From: Seison nebaliae
Taxonomy: Eukaryota
Assembly (NCBI GenBank): GCA_023231475.1
Contig: JALJEE010002614.1
Coordinates: 1 to 64,000, forward strand
Reading direction: 5' to 3'
DNA: 64,000 nt
How positions within the stretch are numbered: the first letter of the stretch is position 1; the number at the start of each line of letters is the position of its first letter. Below are positions 42,356 through 58,625 of this stretch, piece by piece. A model generated the notes under the pieces. The model saw only the letters and a program-made list of their open reading frames with translations, made no database searches and was not told the origin of the DNA. The translations under genes and the position numbers were made by a program.

Positions 42356-44387
42356 TTATGTGTAACTGTTCATCTGAACGATTTCATATTCATCGTTCTT
42401 CGGTCGAGTAGGTAGTCGCGAGTAGATTGTGCAACTACATAGAGTAATGAATAGAGTGAGGAGGAATGATGCGAGCATTAGCCAGAAAGATAATCCGAGT
42501 TTGATCGAATAAAGTATCTGCGGATTGTATTTATTAATGAGTGCTTCATGTTCCGGAACATTCTCTCTCTGATGGACGTTGTCACGAGACCAGAAGAATT
42601 CGTATAAGAAGGTTCCCAATCCAGCTCCCATGCACAAGAAAGCCAAAATGAACATTAAGGAGAAAATGACAACTGGATAAACGAGACATCGACGACAACA
42701 CATTGTCAATGGTAATATCGATACACCGATAATCATCCATAATGCAGCGGCCGAAAATAAAACGATTTGAGATAATCTCAAATAAAACATTTTGTTCGTG
42801 AACTTCTGTCTCGATTGAGGCATTGGATGATCTAACGAAACCGTTTCGGCGTTATGAATATTGAAATACTTTTTCATACATTGATGCTTCTCATCTAATT
42901 CGACACTGGACACTTTCTGCGTTTCTTTCGATCTCTCCGGTTTACAATCCATCTCGTCCACCATACTCGAACATTGACTTACACCGTCACATCTTGCTTT
43001 CTCCGAATTGAAACAACGTCCATCACATTCAATCATTGTCGCTGATGTACATTGTTTCTCACAATTCAATTCATCCGAGTAATCTAAACAATCCGGAATA
43101 CCGTCACATCTGAAAAAATAACGGTTTTTTAAAAATTTGAAAATAAAAAATTTTAAAGAAGGAAAACCGAACCTTGCACCTTTCTTACAGTATTTGAATC
43201 CCTTAGAAAAATCACAATCAATTGTGACGGAAGCGTCACATTGAACGCCAGTTTCGTCCGTCCAATCGAGACAATCGTTGATTCCGTTTCCTACCTAGAG
43301 AAAGATGGAAAAAACTGTCATATGGAAGCTTAAGAAGATTGAAATGAACTTGTGATCTGTCAATTTCATAATTATATTTTTTGCATAGAAATTTTTCTTG
43401 TTCCACATCTGTAATTGGTTTACAGTTATGTTCATCTTCCGCCATATTACAATCAGCGATTCGGTTACAATGCTTATCATGATTATAACACAATTCTGTC
43501 GAGAGAATTATTAGACGTAATCGGAAGTATATAAAGAAATAGAAAGAGGTGAAATATTTTCACAAAAATTTTCTCCTAATCGTTTCCCCATCACAAACAT
43601 TTCGAAAACGAAATTGGAAATGTATCAACAGTCCAAAAAAACGCGAAAAGGAGAAGACAACAATTATTCGTAATATAACAATAATTTGCTGACAATCCAA
43701 AAAAATTACTAAAATATCCTTATTCAAATTTTACCCTCAGAATAACAACGAAAATTCATTTCTTCTAATTGCTCAAACTTTAACATTTTTTCAATTCGAT
43801 AGAAAATAGTTTCGGGTTTTGATGTGGTGGTTTTTTCATCGTCGTCACCTCCAAACATCCCGGCGAAATTTGACAAACTATTTTGGGAATCTCAAAAACG
43901 GAAAATTTATGGAGATTTCAGCAATTTTAGATGAGATTAATGAGAATTCGAATATGATTTATCGAAATTTATAAGGAAGTTTATAGGAATGTTTGAAGTA
44001 GGAGAGGGAATTTGAGGACTAACCACTATCTGTATTTTTTACGCCAGATGCACAATACATCATACCTCGATCTGCACATTTCTTCTGTTTTTTAGCGGAA
44101 TAAGTGCGTTCGTTGTATGGCATGGAGAAGTTCTTGGCCACTTCCAATTTCATGGGTAGATACTTCGTACAATCCGTATAAAGACCACGACGATAAGGTA
44201 ATGGATGAGTTAGCTCAATTATTGAATGATCAGCTGGTGCGTCATGTTCAGCTGTCATGAGTTTTTTCACTGACGAATCAGGCACGCGTATCCACCATTC
44301 GGTAAAGAATGCGGTTAAATGGAGTGCCAGTGCACCCAAACCGCAAAAGATGAGGAAAACGATAGCTATCCAATATTTAACTTTCAT
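42356..44387 (-). CDS. claudin/PMP22-like four-TM protein with about four LDL-receptor class A repeats in the first extracellular loop, 4 exons
   Basis: TM1 is followed by TEWW..RRGLYTDC. LDLa-like units: CNRIADCNMAEDEHNC, GNGINDCLDWTDE, CDGIPDCLDYSDELNC, CDGVSQCSSMVDEMDC. Three more TMs follow, the last preceded by LGLSFWL. Introns at 44023-43496, 43349-43295 and 43172-43110. Confidence 0.8.
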
Positions 44388-47300
44388 AATTATTCAAACT
44401 ATTCTACTTAAAAATAAAAATAAATGTTTAAATGTTGTTTGTTGATGATGATGATGAAGATGTGAAGTGAAGTGAAGTTATGATTAATTATAATTTCTTT
44501 TCTGATTAATGGAAATTTCCCATTTCGAAAATTTCGAAAAATTTTTCGATTAAGAAAATATTTTAATGTAACTATCAGAAAAGGATCTATCTACTCTCAT
44601 CGAGAAAGATAAAGGTATAGATGAAAGAAAAATAGGTAAATATGTTTTTTGGTAAGAAATGAATGATGGCGATGAACTCGTTAAAATAGTGGGAGAAAGA
44701 AACTTCATTCATGTTTGCTTCTTTTCCCATTCACCGTTCTGGTTATTACTAATATTAGTAAAATGATTATGTTTGATCTAAATTCATCATAACGGCATAG
44801 AGAAGTGCGATAACATGAATACGATCTTCATAGAAGATAAAGACCATATCGATACACAAACTAATCATACGAAGATGATCTGCATACATGTTTAGTTTCA
44901 CTAACTTCAAACTTGCTAGTGTAAAAGTATCATAGTATAGACATGACGTGAAAGACATTTACGACGTTGACCGATTTTTTATTTAAAAAAGTCAATTAAG
45001 CATATTCCTTACGACAATTGCAATGAGTGTATCGACTAATAGTGAATAGAATGAGGGGCGAATGAATGATTCAATAAATAGACAGATAAATATTGAAAAG
45101 AAATTAGAGACGTTTCTTCTCCCAAACAAATGGTCATAAGTGAATGTGTTAATAATTAAAGAAGAATGCTATTCTTCTTCTTTTTATTCGAGCTACTTTA
45201 TTTCTGACGTCATCATCTCTTCCGAACGACTACAGGAAGATTAGTAGAAAGACGAGAATACTATTCATTATTGAATTGATAAATTCACATGAAATTTATC
45301 TTATTCATTTCGATGATTGCTCGAAAAAAGATTGTGAAGGCATGAAACGATCATTTTACCGTTCCAAATATACATCGAAAAATCGAAAATTCTCATAAAA
45401 TTCTTGAAAATTACTAATAGAAGAGATATTGGAGAAGAAGAAGAAATTGCACCAAAAATTCTATTGAGAAATTACAAAATATTTGGTAATCATGCGATGG
45501 TTATCGAATCACATTTTATTTCGCATCCATTTCGAATGGAAGAAATCTGATGTCTACAAATTCAATCAATGAATTTCATTGTGTCGATCGATATTATTAT
45601 TAAATATTTTTATTGCAGCCGATACAATTATGATGGTACATGGTTAATTGTTACCAGTAGCGATGGTAGAGTGGAAAGGTAGGGAAATAATGAATAATGG
45701 TAAATTGGTGAGATGGAATGCTTTTTAAAATATTTGATGACTTTTCCATACGTTTCTATCTTCATAATTGAATGTTGCCATGACAATGATCGTTAACACT
45801 TCCTCAATATTGGAGAACGAGTGTCAAAAAAATTATCTACTAGAATTTTTATGTGCAGAATATGGAGAGGAAGGAATGATAATGAACAACACAAATGGAA
45901 CACTTTTCCATCATTTGAATATTGCTTGATATGTCTATTCCATCAGATACTACACATCGAAATTTCTATCAATTTAAAATTAAAGTTAAGGATGAATGAG
46001 GAAGTGATAAGAAAATTGAAAGAAAAGGGAAAGTTGAATTGCGTATGAATTGCGGAACTTGACAAACAAACATAAACGTTTTCCTTCTCGTTTTGTCGAG
46101 GTCTTCATTCACCTATTTTTCATATGTCTACTTTGTTACGATGTTAATGATTCTCTCTCGTACCACTTCAATGTCAGTTCGTCCGACGGGCAATTGTCCC
46201 ATCTATTTCTTTATTAACGGACATGTTTCATTTTTAAAGTTTACTCTCACAAATAGTTCTAAGAATTTTTCATACAATATTATTTGCATTTCCATAAAAA
46301 CGAGAATGTTTGGAAAGAATTTGAAATTTTTTTAAATTTCAATCAAAATTTTTTAAAACTCGAGGGAGTTACCATGATTCGAACGTGATGAGGAGAATTG
46401 ACCCTTGGGGGAGTTGTCGATTTCTCTCCATAAGACTATCGTACAATTATACAACACTTTATGTATACAACCTCTCCGCCGTCATTCATCATCACATAAC
46501 ATTATACTTTGCTTACTTAAATGAAAACTATTAATAATTGGCATATATTCAATTCATATACATGAATATCTCATCTTTCTTTACATTTTATTACCATTTA
46601 TCATTATTCTACTTATAACATTTTTTCAGTTCTCCCCAAGAACTTTCTTCCATTCAATGGCATTAGTTTTTTAATTTTCCTAAAAACTCTCTTATTTTGA
46701 AAATAATCAATTTCTCACCAAAAACATAAATTTCTTTCCGATTTTGTTCTTTTAAGATTCATAATTCAAAAAATTCTACTCCTTCTTCCTCGTACGTCAG
46801 ACGATTGTACTTCCAATTCTACTCCTATAGACAGTTCAATATCAAGTTCAATATCATTTTCCACAAATATATTCAATTCTTTAGAATTATAAGTAAGAAA
46901 TTTAGTAAGAAATTAGTTAGGCCGTTTGAAATTACAAAAAATGACAACGAGAAGTAGGTTTGAATAGGTTGAATACTAACATGAAATAATAGATGTCCCC
47001 ATCACAATTGGCAATTGGAATAAATAAACGAAGAAATTGGAGAAAAAGAGGAATCGTTAATTTATTCGACTATAGTTTTCTTAATCACCATTCATTGTGG
47101 AGAGTGTGGAGGACATTGACGAAATGATAAGAAATAATCGTAAATAAACATATTAATATCAAGAGGATTTGATACTGTATATCGGGCGACTTGTTACTAC
47201 AAGATTACACATTAACACAATCATCTCAATTTACATTCGATTCAAATTTGAAACTAATTCTACGATTCCTAAAATATGTCGAACATATTTTCTTCTCATA

Positions 47301-49401
47301 TTATAATGCACAGTTTTAATAAAATCATAATTTCTTTACCATCCAGCGGCTACTTTCTGAAGTGTTTCGGTTCAGTTTTTCCGCGGACGATTATATATCA
47401 GGAAATCTCATTATCTAAGAAAATGTAATAAATGTTTAAAAAATTATTATGCAAATGAGATAAGCGATAGAAGAATGAGGATGGAAATATTGAGAAGAAG
47501 TAATTTTCTCATTTATTCTATAATTTGTGAGCATTTTCTTATTGTTAGTAGAGTTTGCTGATATATCTTGAATTCTTCACTTCTTTTCGAATCAGAAAAA
47601 AAGGAGTTCCATATATTACTTTTACATTTGCTGTTCATTCGAATATTTACAACGTAACATTATGGAAGATAAGGTCTACATCTAAATCTACTTCTTCTTA
47701 TATATATTTTTTGACAATTCAACCCCTTGAAACTTCTACTACTAAATTTGAAAAAAACGGACGAATCTTCCTCTATATTCGATTTATTATTTTCCATGAA
47801 ATTTTTGAAATTTTATTTTTACGTTAGTTCAAATATATGAAATATTTTTGCCCAAATTCAACAGTCCACAATATAAAACTTTTACTTTAGTTTCAAGAAA
47901 CAATTCTCTGAAATTTAAATTGCCAAAGAAATTGATTCAATCGTCAAATTTCATAAATATCGATTGAAAGTGTCGGAGTCGTATGAAAAAGAATATTTGT
48001 CCGAATCTTTAAAAAGAGAAATATATCGGTTCGTTTTCAGTTTAGAAACGAATAGAAATGATGATGGAAGAGAATTAGCCTAAATTTGCCTGTAGCATTG
48101 ACGGTGAACGTTCAAAAGTTGTTGTAACTATATCTATAAAATATTCACCATTGAAAAAGATTCATCCAAATTTCACCTTCATCAAATCAGTAAGATATAT
48201 TTTAATTGGTTGAAAGGAAAGTTTCCCGATGATACAGGAATGAATATATTCATCACCACAAGCAGAACAATGAATAAGTGAAGAACCAATTTGGCAGATG
48301 GAAATAATGTTTGTAATAAATTATATCATCATCACGACAAATAGAGTTGAACGAATGAAGTAATAAGAGAAATTGGAAAAAGAATCGATTCGACGGACGA
48401 CGTATGAAGAATATTCATTCCGAAGTGGTTGAATAATATATGAGCTAAAAGGGAAAGGTATAAAAAAGAAACTTAATGCGGAAGTACCTTTCTTTTCAAA
48501 CTTTTCAACACGATACCCGAACATCATATTTAAGTTAGTTCTGATACAATGTGCGATAGTGATGAACAGAATACTGGAAGGGGACAGGTATACCCGCTTA
48601 TATCGTCTCTCAAACAAAAATACATCAAAATGGGAAAATCCGTTCGTAGTAAAACTGACAATGATTGACTGGAGTATGTTCCTGACAAACGCCTAAATAA
48701 TAAAAAATTTCAATCTTCGTAAATACACTTATATATATAAATATATATATACTTAGACAATACTTTATCTCGGATCACTTGTTTGTTATAAAGAAATTAG
48801 AAGAAAAATTTACATGAAAATTTTTGAATTATTTTCCAGATCGAGTATATTGGTACAACATCGGTAATGGTAATATTAATAATTCTAATTTATCAAATTG
48901 ATATTTTCAATAAAAGAATGATAATACAAAATTTATGTTGACGAATATTCATGAATTAAGTAATCGGAATGATGGAAATAGATGGAAATGGATTTTGTGA
49001 AAATTATCCAAGAAGTCCAATTCTACTTAAGTATTTGAAAGATTGATATAAAAGAGATTCTGTTTAACAGAATTTTAAAAAAAGAAATTTCGGAAAGAAT
49101 AAGTAGATCAATAAAATGGAAATTAGAATTGTCCGAAAAGTGAAAAAATTAAAGGATGTTTGGAAGGAAATTGAATTGTCCAGGTACGGGTTGAATATAT
49201 GTACCTATCTTGATTACTGATGGGAAAAGGAGAGGTGAAGAAGAATTAATTTTTGTTTCCACTTATCAGAATGTTACATTTAAGTTAAAGGGCGAAAAGG
49301 AAGCAGTTAACTGCTACCTTCCGGTTTTTCTTTCTTACTTCTCAATAACTAATCATATATAAACAAAAATTTATTCTGACATTATTATTTTCAAGTTAAA
49401 A

Positions 49402-49439
49402 TTGATGATGATGATGACGATGATGATGATGATAATGAT
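49402..49439. repeat. (GAT)n microsatellite
   Basis: Direct reading; imperfect repeat. Confidence 0.8.
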
Positions 49440-52400
49440 ATCTTTTTTTTGGAGGAGGCGAATGAATGTTATGAAAAAAAAAATTCAGTTTAGAAAAAAA
49501 TATATAAAATTTTCTTACCTAATTTCCATTCAGCATTTGGTAGTTGTGAGAAGTGAACACAGATGAAACGAATCAACTCTTCATTATTTTGTAATAATGA
49601 GAATAAAGCAATATATTTCATTCAGCTTTTGTAAGATTTCTTAATATGTTCCCTAAACAGACTAACTGAGTGAGTTCGGGTTGGTAAGAATTATGGGCGC
49701 ACATAACTATGTAGACTCTAGATACGTAATCCTTCATCATCGTTCAAATATGACTATGAGATTTCTACTCCATTATTGTTAAAGTTAGCTACACATTATC
49801 ATTGAAATGACTATCAATCATTATATTATTGAGAATTTTACGATTTGCTTATTCCAAAAAAAAAAGATAAAGAAATTCATGTTAGCCTTAGGAAATTAGC
49901 AACAAATCATTTAACCATTTATCAGCAATACACAACTGATACACAACGGATTTCCAATGGAAAGTTGCTACAGTAGATAAATATGGGAAGCTTTTATCGT
50001 TTTGTCGATGTCGATTACGAAGGCAGAATTTCTTTTTTTCTATCTTTATCCATTAAGTCCTTAATTATGATGAAAATATATCTGTTTTGAAAAATAGGGC
50101 AAAGTAATATCAAGATCATCGTAAAATAAAGTTGTTGTATTAAGATAACTAGTATTACTTCGGAGAATCGAAATAAATGAAATAATTAATAAATGACAAT
50201 CACCACGAAAGAATTTCACTATCAACGTTACTTCAAATTTTGATGAAAATACGTTTGATTTCTACTATAAATACCTTTAATGGAATTTCTAGTGCTAGAG
50301 CGGAATATCGATATAGATCTGATATTGTTCATACAAATATCGTATTGATATTCATTAAATATGCGAATTAATAATATGCGAAATGTTAATAATTCTCTTC
50401 ATTTTAATAATAAAAAAGGTGCACGGTCGTACCAATACAGGAAACACGTATGTGAAAAAGAAACGGAATAAATTGTTGGTCGAACACCAAACGAAATTGT
50501 AAACAGATTTTTTGCAGAAAATGCATAAATGCATCCTGCTTCCCTTCCCAGTAGTGTCCATTCTTTATTATTAATGACAGTCCTCTAAAATGATGATAAT
50601 CGATTTCTGATAATATTCTGAAATGGTTTTCCAGAAACGAAAATGTTTCTCTTTCATCCGAAACAATAAAATCATATTTCATGAAATAAAATGTACTTAT
50701 TGAGTCGAATGTCATTTCGTCGATATTTTTCTCTAATCGAACATGTTTTTGAATGAAAAATTCGATCGGTTCATAAAACTGTAAATTATTTTCGACGAAA
50801 CTATAAATATCGGAACTCTTGGAAGTAGAAAGTTATATGAACTTCTTGAGTAATAATTAATCTTTATAAATTTTTCTTTCGTTACCATTTACCAGAAACA
50901 AACTTGGCGAGTGTATGTTTCTTCTCCAATCCTCTAAACCATTATTATGATGATTATGATATTATCGAACATGGATAATATTTTCAAATTTGATTTACGT
51001 TATGTAATTAATTAGGAAACAATTCGTTCTCATTATTAAACGGCTGTTTTCTTTCAGTGCACAGAAAATGCACATGCTTTTTCTTTATCAATATATTTTT
51101 ATTTATCTACTCTCGGGTTAATGGTGAAAATAATCGGATTAAAATCGATCAGTCTGCCGGTAATTGTGTACAGACCACACACACACACGTATTATTCAGA
51201 AGATTTTTGAAGAAGTCGAATTTATCATCACATCATCTAGAGTCAATAATGGATCAGGAAGATGCGGTAAATAAATTATTTATTACACTTAAAATTAGTA
51301 GTAGAGGTTAAAGGGAAAATTAATTTAGCGTCTTCCTCAGGAAGTGGACTACTGTAACGAATTCAAGTGTATTATATAATTTGATTCATTCGTTTTATTT
51401 CGAGTTAAGAGGAAATTCACAATTATTTTTGAAGAGCACCAATTCGTGATATTGATGATTGGAAGAGTCACAATAAATATTCAATATAACTCAGTAGTGC
51501 ATATTGATTGGGATGTGTGGGCTCATTAGGGGGAGCATGTGCATTATGTGATATATCTACATATGAGGAGTGACAAATTACTTCAACAATATTGATGTGA
51601 ACATGTCACATTTATAAATCTGAACAAATGAAGATGAGGAAGAGAATTCGCACTTGAATTGTTAACTGGAATGGTGGAATTGAATGAAGTATTGTTTAAT
51701 GATGTTTGATGAACATCTCCCTCCAGAATATTACTTTGTTACTAATCTAACAAAAGAACAATGAAAACCATTCCCAATATTTATGCATATTTTCCCTTTG
51801 ACTACTTCATTATATGGAAGAGAGTTCCATTCTCCACACCGCCATTAAAACGACTTCGGATTAATAAGAATAATAATCACTAAAAATAATTCGAATTTCA
51901 TACAAGATATTCCCAATAAGTGTTTGGTTGTAAGAGGAAAATAATAATTTCAAACATTCAAAAATTACTACGATAGTTATTGTAGTTTTCTGGTTGGAGT
52001 AGCAACAGAAGCTTACTCCACCATCTAACCTATTCATTCTTTTCTTTAATTGTTCGATAATGAATATGAATTATATTCCTTCATCCAACTCAAATTTCTT
52101 TCTTTCCTTCAGTTATCAACTCATTATTATATAATTACAATGAAACGTATACATAATACCGGCGACTTATCGTTCGATAATATTTTCAATTCCAAAAGAA
52201 TATATAAAACTCCTTCAATATATATATATTTCTTATAAAGGCAGCATATATATACTATGCAATCATACATATTACGTATAAGAAGTAATTTAACGTTAAT
52301 GTACATTTGACGAATAAATAAAATGAAATTATATGATAATTTTAGATGAATTACCTGCGATAAATATACGCTAAAGAAAGAAAGTTATTTTCTCTCCCAC

Positions 52401-55258
52401 CTAAAACCCTCGACTTACACGCTACATGTCGACTCACACATCTTGATGGCAGAGTTCTATTCTATGTATATTATTTCTGTGCGTAATTATGTAAATATGA
52501 AGGTTCTTTCCTCTTCATTTAACTTTAAGTCGTTTAATGAACGCTGAATCGACTACCATCTCAGTTGCCTAAAGTAAACTCTAGCGATTGTCCTTCATCA
52601 ATTACCACACATTTAACGAGAGAATTAAGAAATTGTTATGTTATATGAGCTTTGATCACGACCAATTCCAGTTCAATTACAGCTGTATCGCTTTAAATTT
52701 AATTCTACACTTGACTATCATATCATTCCTTAAATAAGAATTTCTTTCCATATTATGTAATATTTGAAAAGGAAGGAAGAGAATGTACATTATTTTCTCA
52801 TTAATAGCAATGCCAAAGTTGTAATGGATTCTCTGCAGATTCTTCTTCCATTTCTTACCTTCCACGTTACTATTAAAATAAAACTAACTTCTTAATGCAA
52901 ATTTCTTCGATACTTAATATCGGCATAAAAGTTTGATTACTCAATCACATAACAATCATTTATAGTGAATGGAAGGAAAAATTAATGTGCACAACCATCT
53001 CCTTGAAATTGAACATTTCTTCGTTACTTATTGATAAATAATTCTTCTACATTTGTCCTCGAGGTAGAAAGGTGGACAGACATCGACTACTAAAAAATAC
53101 AAACAACATTCTTGCCTCATTGTAACTTACACCAACTCAGCAAATTTCGTTCTGATAAATTGATGAATTTATATTTGAAATTTATTACAAATTTAATTTA
53201 CTAAAAAACACTTCAAATTTTATCATTAGCCAATAAACTTTTGATTAACAATTTTAAAAAAAATTGTTAGAAATTGTTAGATGTTAGATCAATAAAGAAT
53301 GAATGAAAGTTCGAGAACAAAATGAAATATCAAAAAATGAATCATGAAGAAACTGTTGTGTAGAATATGGCAGATGTAGATGAATCTTCTATTCCAGTTG
53401 ATGTGCAGAACTGATGAATATCATTGTAAACAGTTGTTGCCAATAATATGATATGCTCAATATGAAATATCATTTATTCTTGTCAATTAAAGAGATAAAA
53501 GCAGTAAAAACTCTCCAGCATGTCACACAGTATCATCATAATTGTAATTCATATAATGTTTATTGTCTGTTGATAATCGCCCGATGATGACTCTTCTAAT
53601 CTCGTTCTCATTTTGATGAGTAACACAAATAGCCGTCGAAATAAATTATAATATCACAACAACAACTGATCTTAACCATCCACATCTAATCTTACATTAG
53701 TTAATATTCGAATATAAAACGGTGTCATTCTCTCCTCACAATTCCTTATGTGTAAATTGTCGCTATTGTTTATTTTTCTCGTTAAATTTACTATTAGATT
53801 CACTCATCCATTTTATAGGAAAAATAAATAAAAGTAGAAATATATCGATTAAATGATAAACATCTTATCGTTCCCGATAATATATCGATGAAAAGAATGA
53901 ATTGAACAAGTTTAGAGAATAATTAATCAAGTGAAAGTTATCACAACATGGTAAGAGTTTCAAGGGAAAGAAAAATTTATTTTTATCAAAACTATAAATA
54001 ATTACATAATCAATTCAATTTTCCATTATCTCTCCCAATATCCAATCGACGTCACTCAATTGAAGAGCGACGAAATGTTCGATCAATTTCCCATTTCTCT
54101 TCAAATGAGAATGTTCCTACAATTTCTCTTTTATGAAAAATAGACCAAAAATTTTAACAAACAAAATTTCCGTAACAAACGAGATTTTTGCGCATTGGAA
54201 AAAATTGTAATTGGAAAAAATTTTTGGAAATAAGAAACATTTCTTGTTCTCCCATTATTTCTTCTCGTTCGTTTCTCCAAATTAATTTCTCCCGATGATT
54301 TATGATGAAATCTGTCAGTTTGTTGTAGCATCTGTAGAGGAAGAAATATTTCTATGAAAATTCCTCCTATCATGCTGATGATGGTGATGGTTGAGGACTA
54401 GAGCGGAATGATGTGAAGGAATTAAGGAAACGATCATTCCAATTCGTTTATATATTAGTTGTCATCATTAGTGATTGATTGGACAATTTTCTATGTGTCA
54501 AATTGTTTTCGCTAATTATTGAATCAGAAATTTAAAAAACTGCTCCAAATTATTCCAACACCAAATCGATATTTTATCAAACATTTTATCATTTTCCAAG
54601 AGAAAGAGAAACGAAGAATTTCAGTAATTTTCTTAAAAAATATAAAACTAATTTCTTTCGATCATCTTTCACTAAGCAGTTGCTGATTATTGACTTAAAA
54701 TCCATAATTCAAATATTTGACATTTGAGAAGAAAGAATGTGCGAGGAAATGTTATGGTGACAATAATAATAATCATCGGGTATGAGTAGGTAGAGGATGA
54801 GAGAAATAATTTCCAATCAATATTCCAGTATTTGGAGAACGATTGAGAATGAAGACGAGACAATTAATTTTTCAATCCATTTCATATCAGTTCGAATGTT
54901 CTCATTATTATTTATTCCCATCACACGAATGAAAATTTGAAATTGACTTTTATTTTAATTTTTATATTTCACAAATGAAAAGAAAGTTCCTGAAGAATAA
55001 AACATACAGATAAGAAATCTAGATAGATTCATATTACTTGATCATCATACGATGATGAACGATATTTATCGATATGATGAATTGTATTTATCGTTTCAAT
55101 CGACGAGTATATTAGAATCATAGATCAGACGGATTAGAAATCAAAATTATTTTTTAAACGAAATTTTCTCATCGTCATCATCATCAATATTATTATTATT
55201 ATTTCATAACAATTTCATCATATCCTTTTTTTTTTCTTCAAAATTAAATTTATTCTCT

Positions 55259-56539
55259 TCATTTCAACGGCGATGCTGAGATCAATAACTCATGATTGCA
55301 TTCTTCATATGTCAATTCGTTATTATTTACTGTATTCTTCTCTTCTTCTACATTGTTGTTGTTGTTGTTGTTATGTCCTTCATTCGGTTCCGATTGTTGA
55401 ACCTCTTCGTCTTTCTGACCTTCAATAAATTCATTCTTCTTCAATTTCCCAACATCTTGATCTAATTCTTTGTTTGCATCTAATTCCAAATGTTTCCCAT
55501 CTGATTTATCTCCATTATTATTATACGAAGTCTACGAGAATAAAATGAAAAAAAAAATTTTAAATTTAAAAACTTTTCTATCGAATCCTGGATCGATTTC
55601 TTTCGGCTCGACATTCGGTGGGATATAAGGTCGATGTCTTTTCCCTCGTCGATCATCATAATGATAATTTCGTCGTGATGATGATGATGATGATTGTGGA
55701 AGATGATAAGCTGAATCATTCCTTCGAGGTGGATACATGTCTCGATGATAAGTCTCTTTATAATGCGAATTATGATAATTGTTGCCCATATATTTATCAT
55801 AATCATGTTCTCGATAACGATGATCTGGTGCCATTCTTGAACTTCCATGAGCTGATCTCGGATCTTTTGGTTTCGATATATATGATCGACTATCCGGTCT
55901 CGGATCTCTGGGTAATCTTCTAGTGTCGCGTGACGAACGATCACTTTCTGGAACTGATCGTTTCGTATCATATGATGGCATATGTTTCGGACGACGATTA
56001 TAAGCATAATCGATATGAATCAATCTTCCACCAATTTTCGCCTATTTAAACAATGAAAAAATTATTAAAAGAATGAAAGAAATGACAGAAATGAAAAATT
56101 TAACTTTTCCTTGACAAGCCTCATAAGCTTGAATTGCGTTACTGATAGAACGAAATTCGACAAATCCCCAACCCGGTGGCTGATGTGAAACAAAAACTTC
56201 TTCTATCTCCCCATAATCACGAAATATATAATCCAAATCATGTTTCGTCGTTGACGAATCCAAATCTCCAATAAACAATTTATTTCGTGGTCGCGGTTCC
56301 GGTGACATAGGCGAGCGAACTCGTCTATTAGCCTGATATCTTCGTGAATCTTCTGGTGAATCACGAACTCGTCGATCTCGTGGAGGATATTGCGAATAAC
56401 GATCATAATTCGAAGTAGTATACATGCTACGATTCTGACTCACATATCGCTCCGGTACATTATCCGGATAACGACTATAAGGACGTTGGTCAACGAACGT
56501 CTTCACAGGAGAACGCATTCGATTTTCTCGATTCGACAT
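55259..56539 (-). CDS. SR-like RNA-binding protein with an SRSF3/SRSF7-type RRM, 3 exons
   Basis: RRM KLFIGDL..FRDYGEIEEVFVSHQPPGWGFVEF..KIGGRLIHIDYA with R/S/D/Y-rich flanks. Introns at 56104-56042 and 55573-55532. Confidence 0.8.
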
Positions 56540-56782
56540 TACTACCAACTTAATTAAGCTTATATCAAAAATACAGATAAACTAATATAGATTAGTAAAA
56601 AGAGAACATTTCTCATGTACTAAACAGAGAATCAATTCACAAAATTCCCAAACTTTCTCATTTAAAAATTTTTTTTTAAAAATTATTTTCATTCAAAATT
56701 TAAGCTTTTGAAATAACATTATCTTTTCCTAATCTTCAAATTCTACAATGTAGACACATTTTTGTATTTTTGAATTTTTGAA

Positions 56783-56817
56783 TTCAAGAATCATGTAGAA
56801 TCTATATGATTCTTGAA
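56783..56817. repeat. near-perfect inverted repeat in a divergent intergenic region
   Basis: TTCAAGAATCATGTAGA-A-TCTATATGATTCTTGAA: 17-bp arms with one G-T pair. Confidence 0.75.
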
Positions 56818-57128
56818 ACACATTTTTGAATTTTCTTTCTCTAACAAACAATGTCAGGATATCTCAAGAATTATAACAAATTTCTCTAACTCTTTCGTAA
56901 AAGAACACAATTTGAAATATGATGTAATATTTACAGTTTTCTAAATATTCAAATTTGAAATATTTTCGAAATTTTTCGCTATTTTTTTAAAAATTATTTA
57001 ACAATTTTTTTTCCCATTTTTCTTCAAAGGGAAAGCTTTCGGAAATCTTTTTGGAAAATTCAACGAATTAAAAAGTTCAATCATACAATAACCGAATAAA
57101 AATTAATTATTAATTTTTTTCCTAGAAA

Positions 57129-58461
<1,333 letters not shown>

Positions 58462-58625
58462 AAAGAGAATTATTAAATTTAAATTTTGATGAATAAAAGA
58501 GATTATTGTTGAAAAAAAGATGATTAAAATTTTTGAGGAAATGTAAAATGATTTGAGTTAAGAACGAAATGAATTAAATGAAACAGATTTAAATTGAAAT
58601 TAGTTCTTTATTTTTTTATCGAAGT

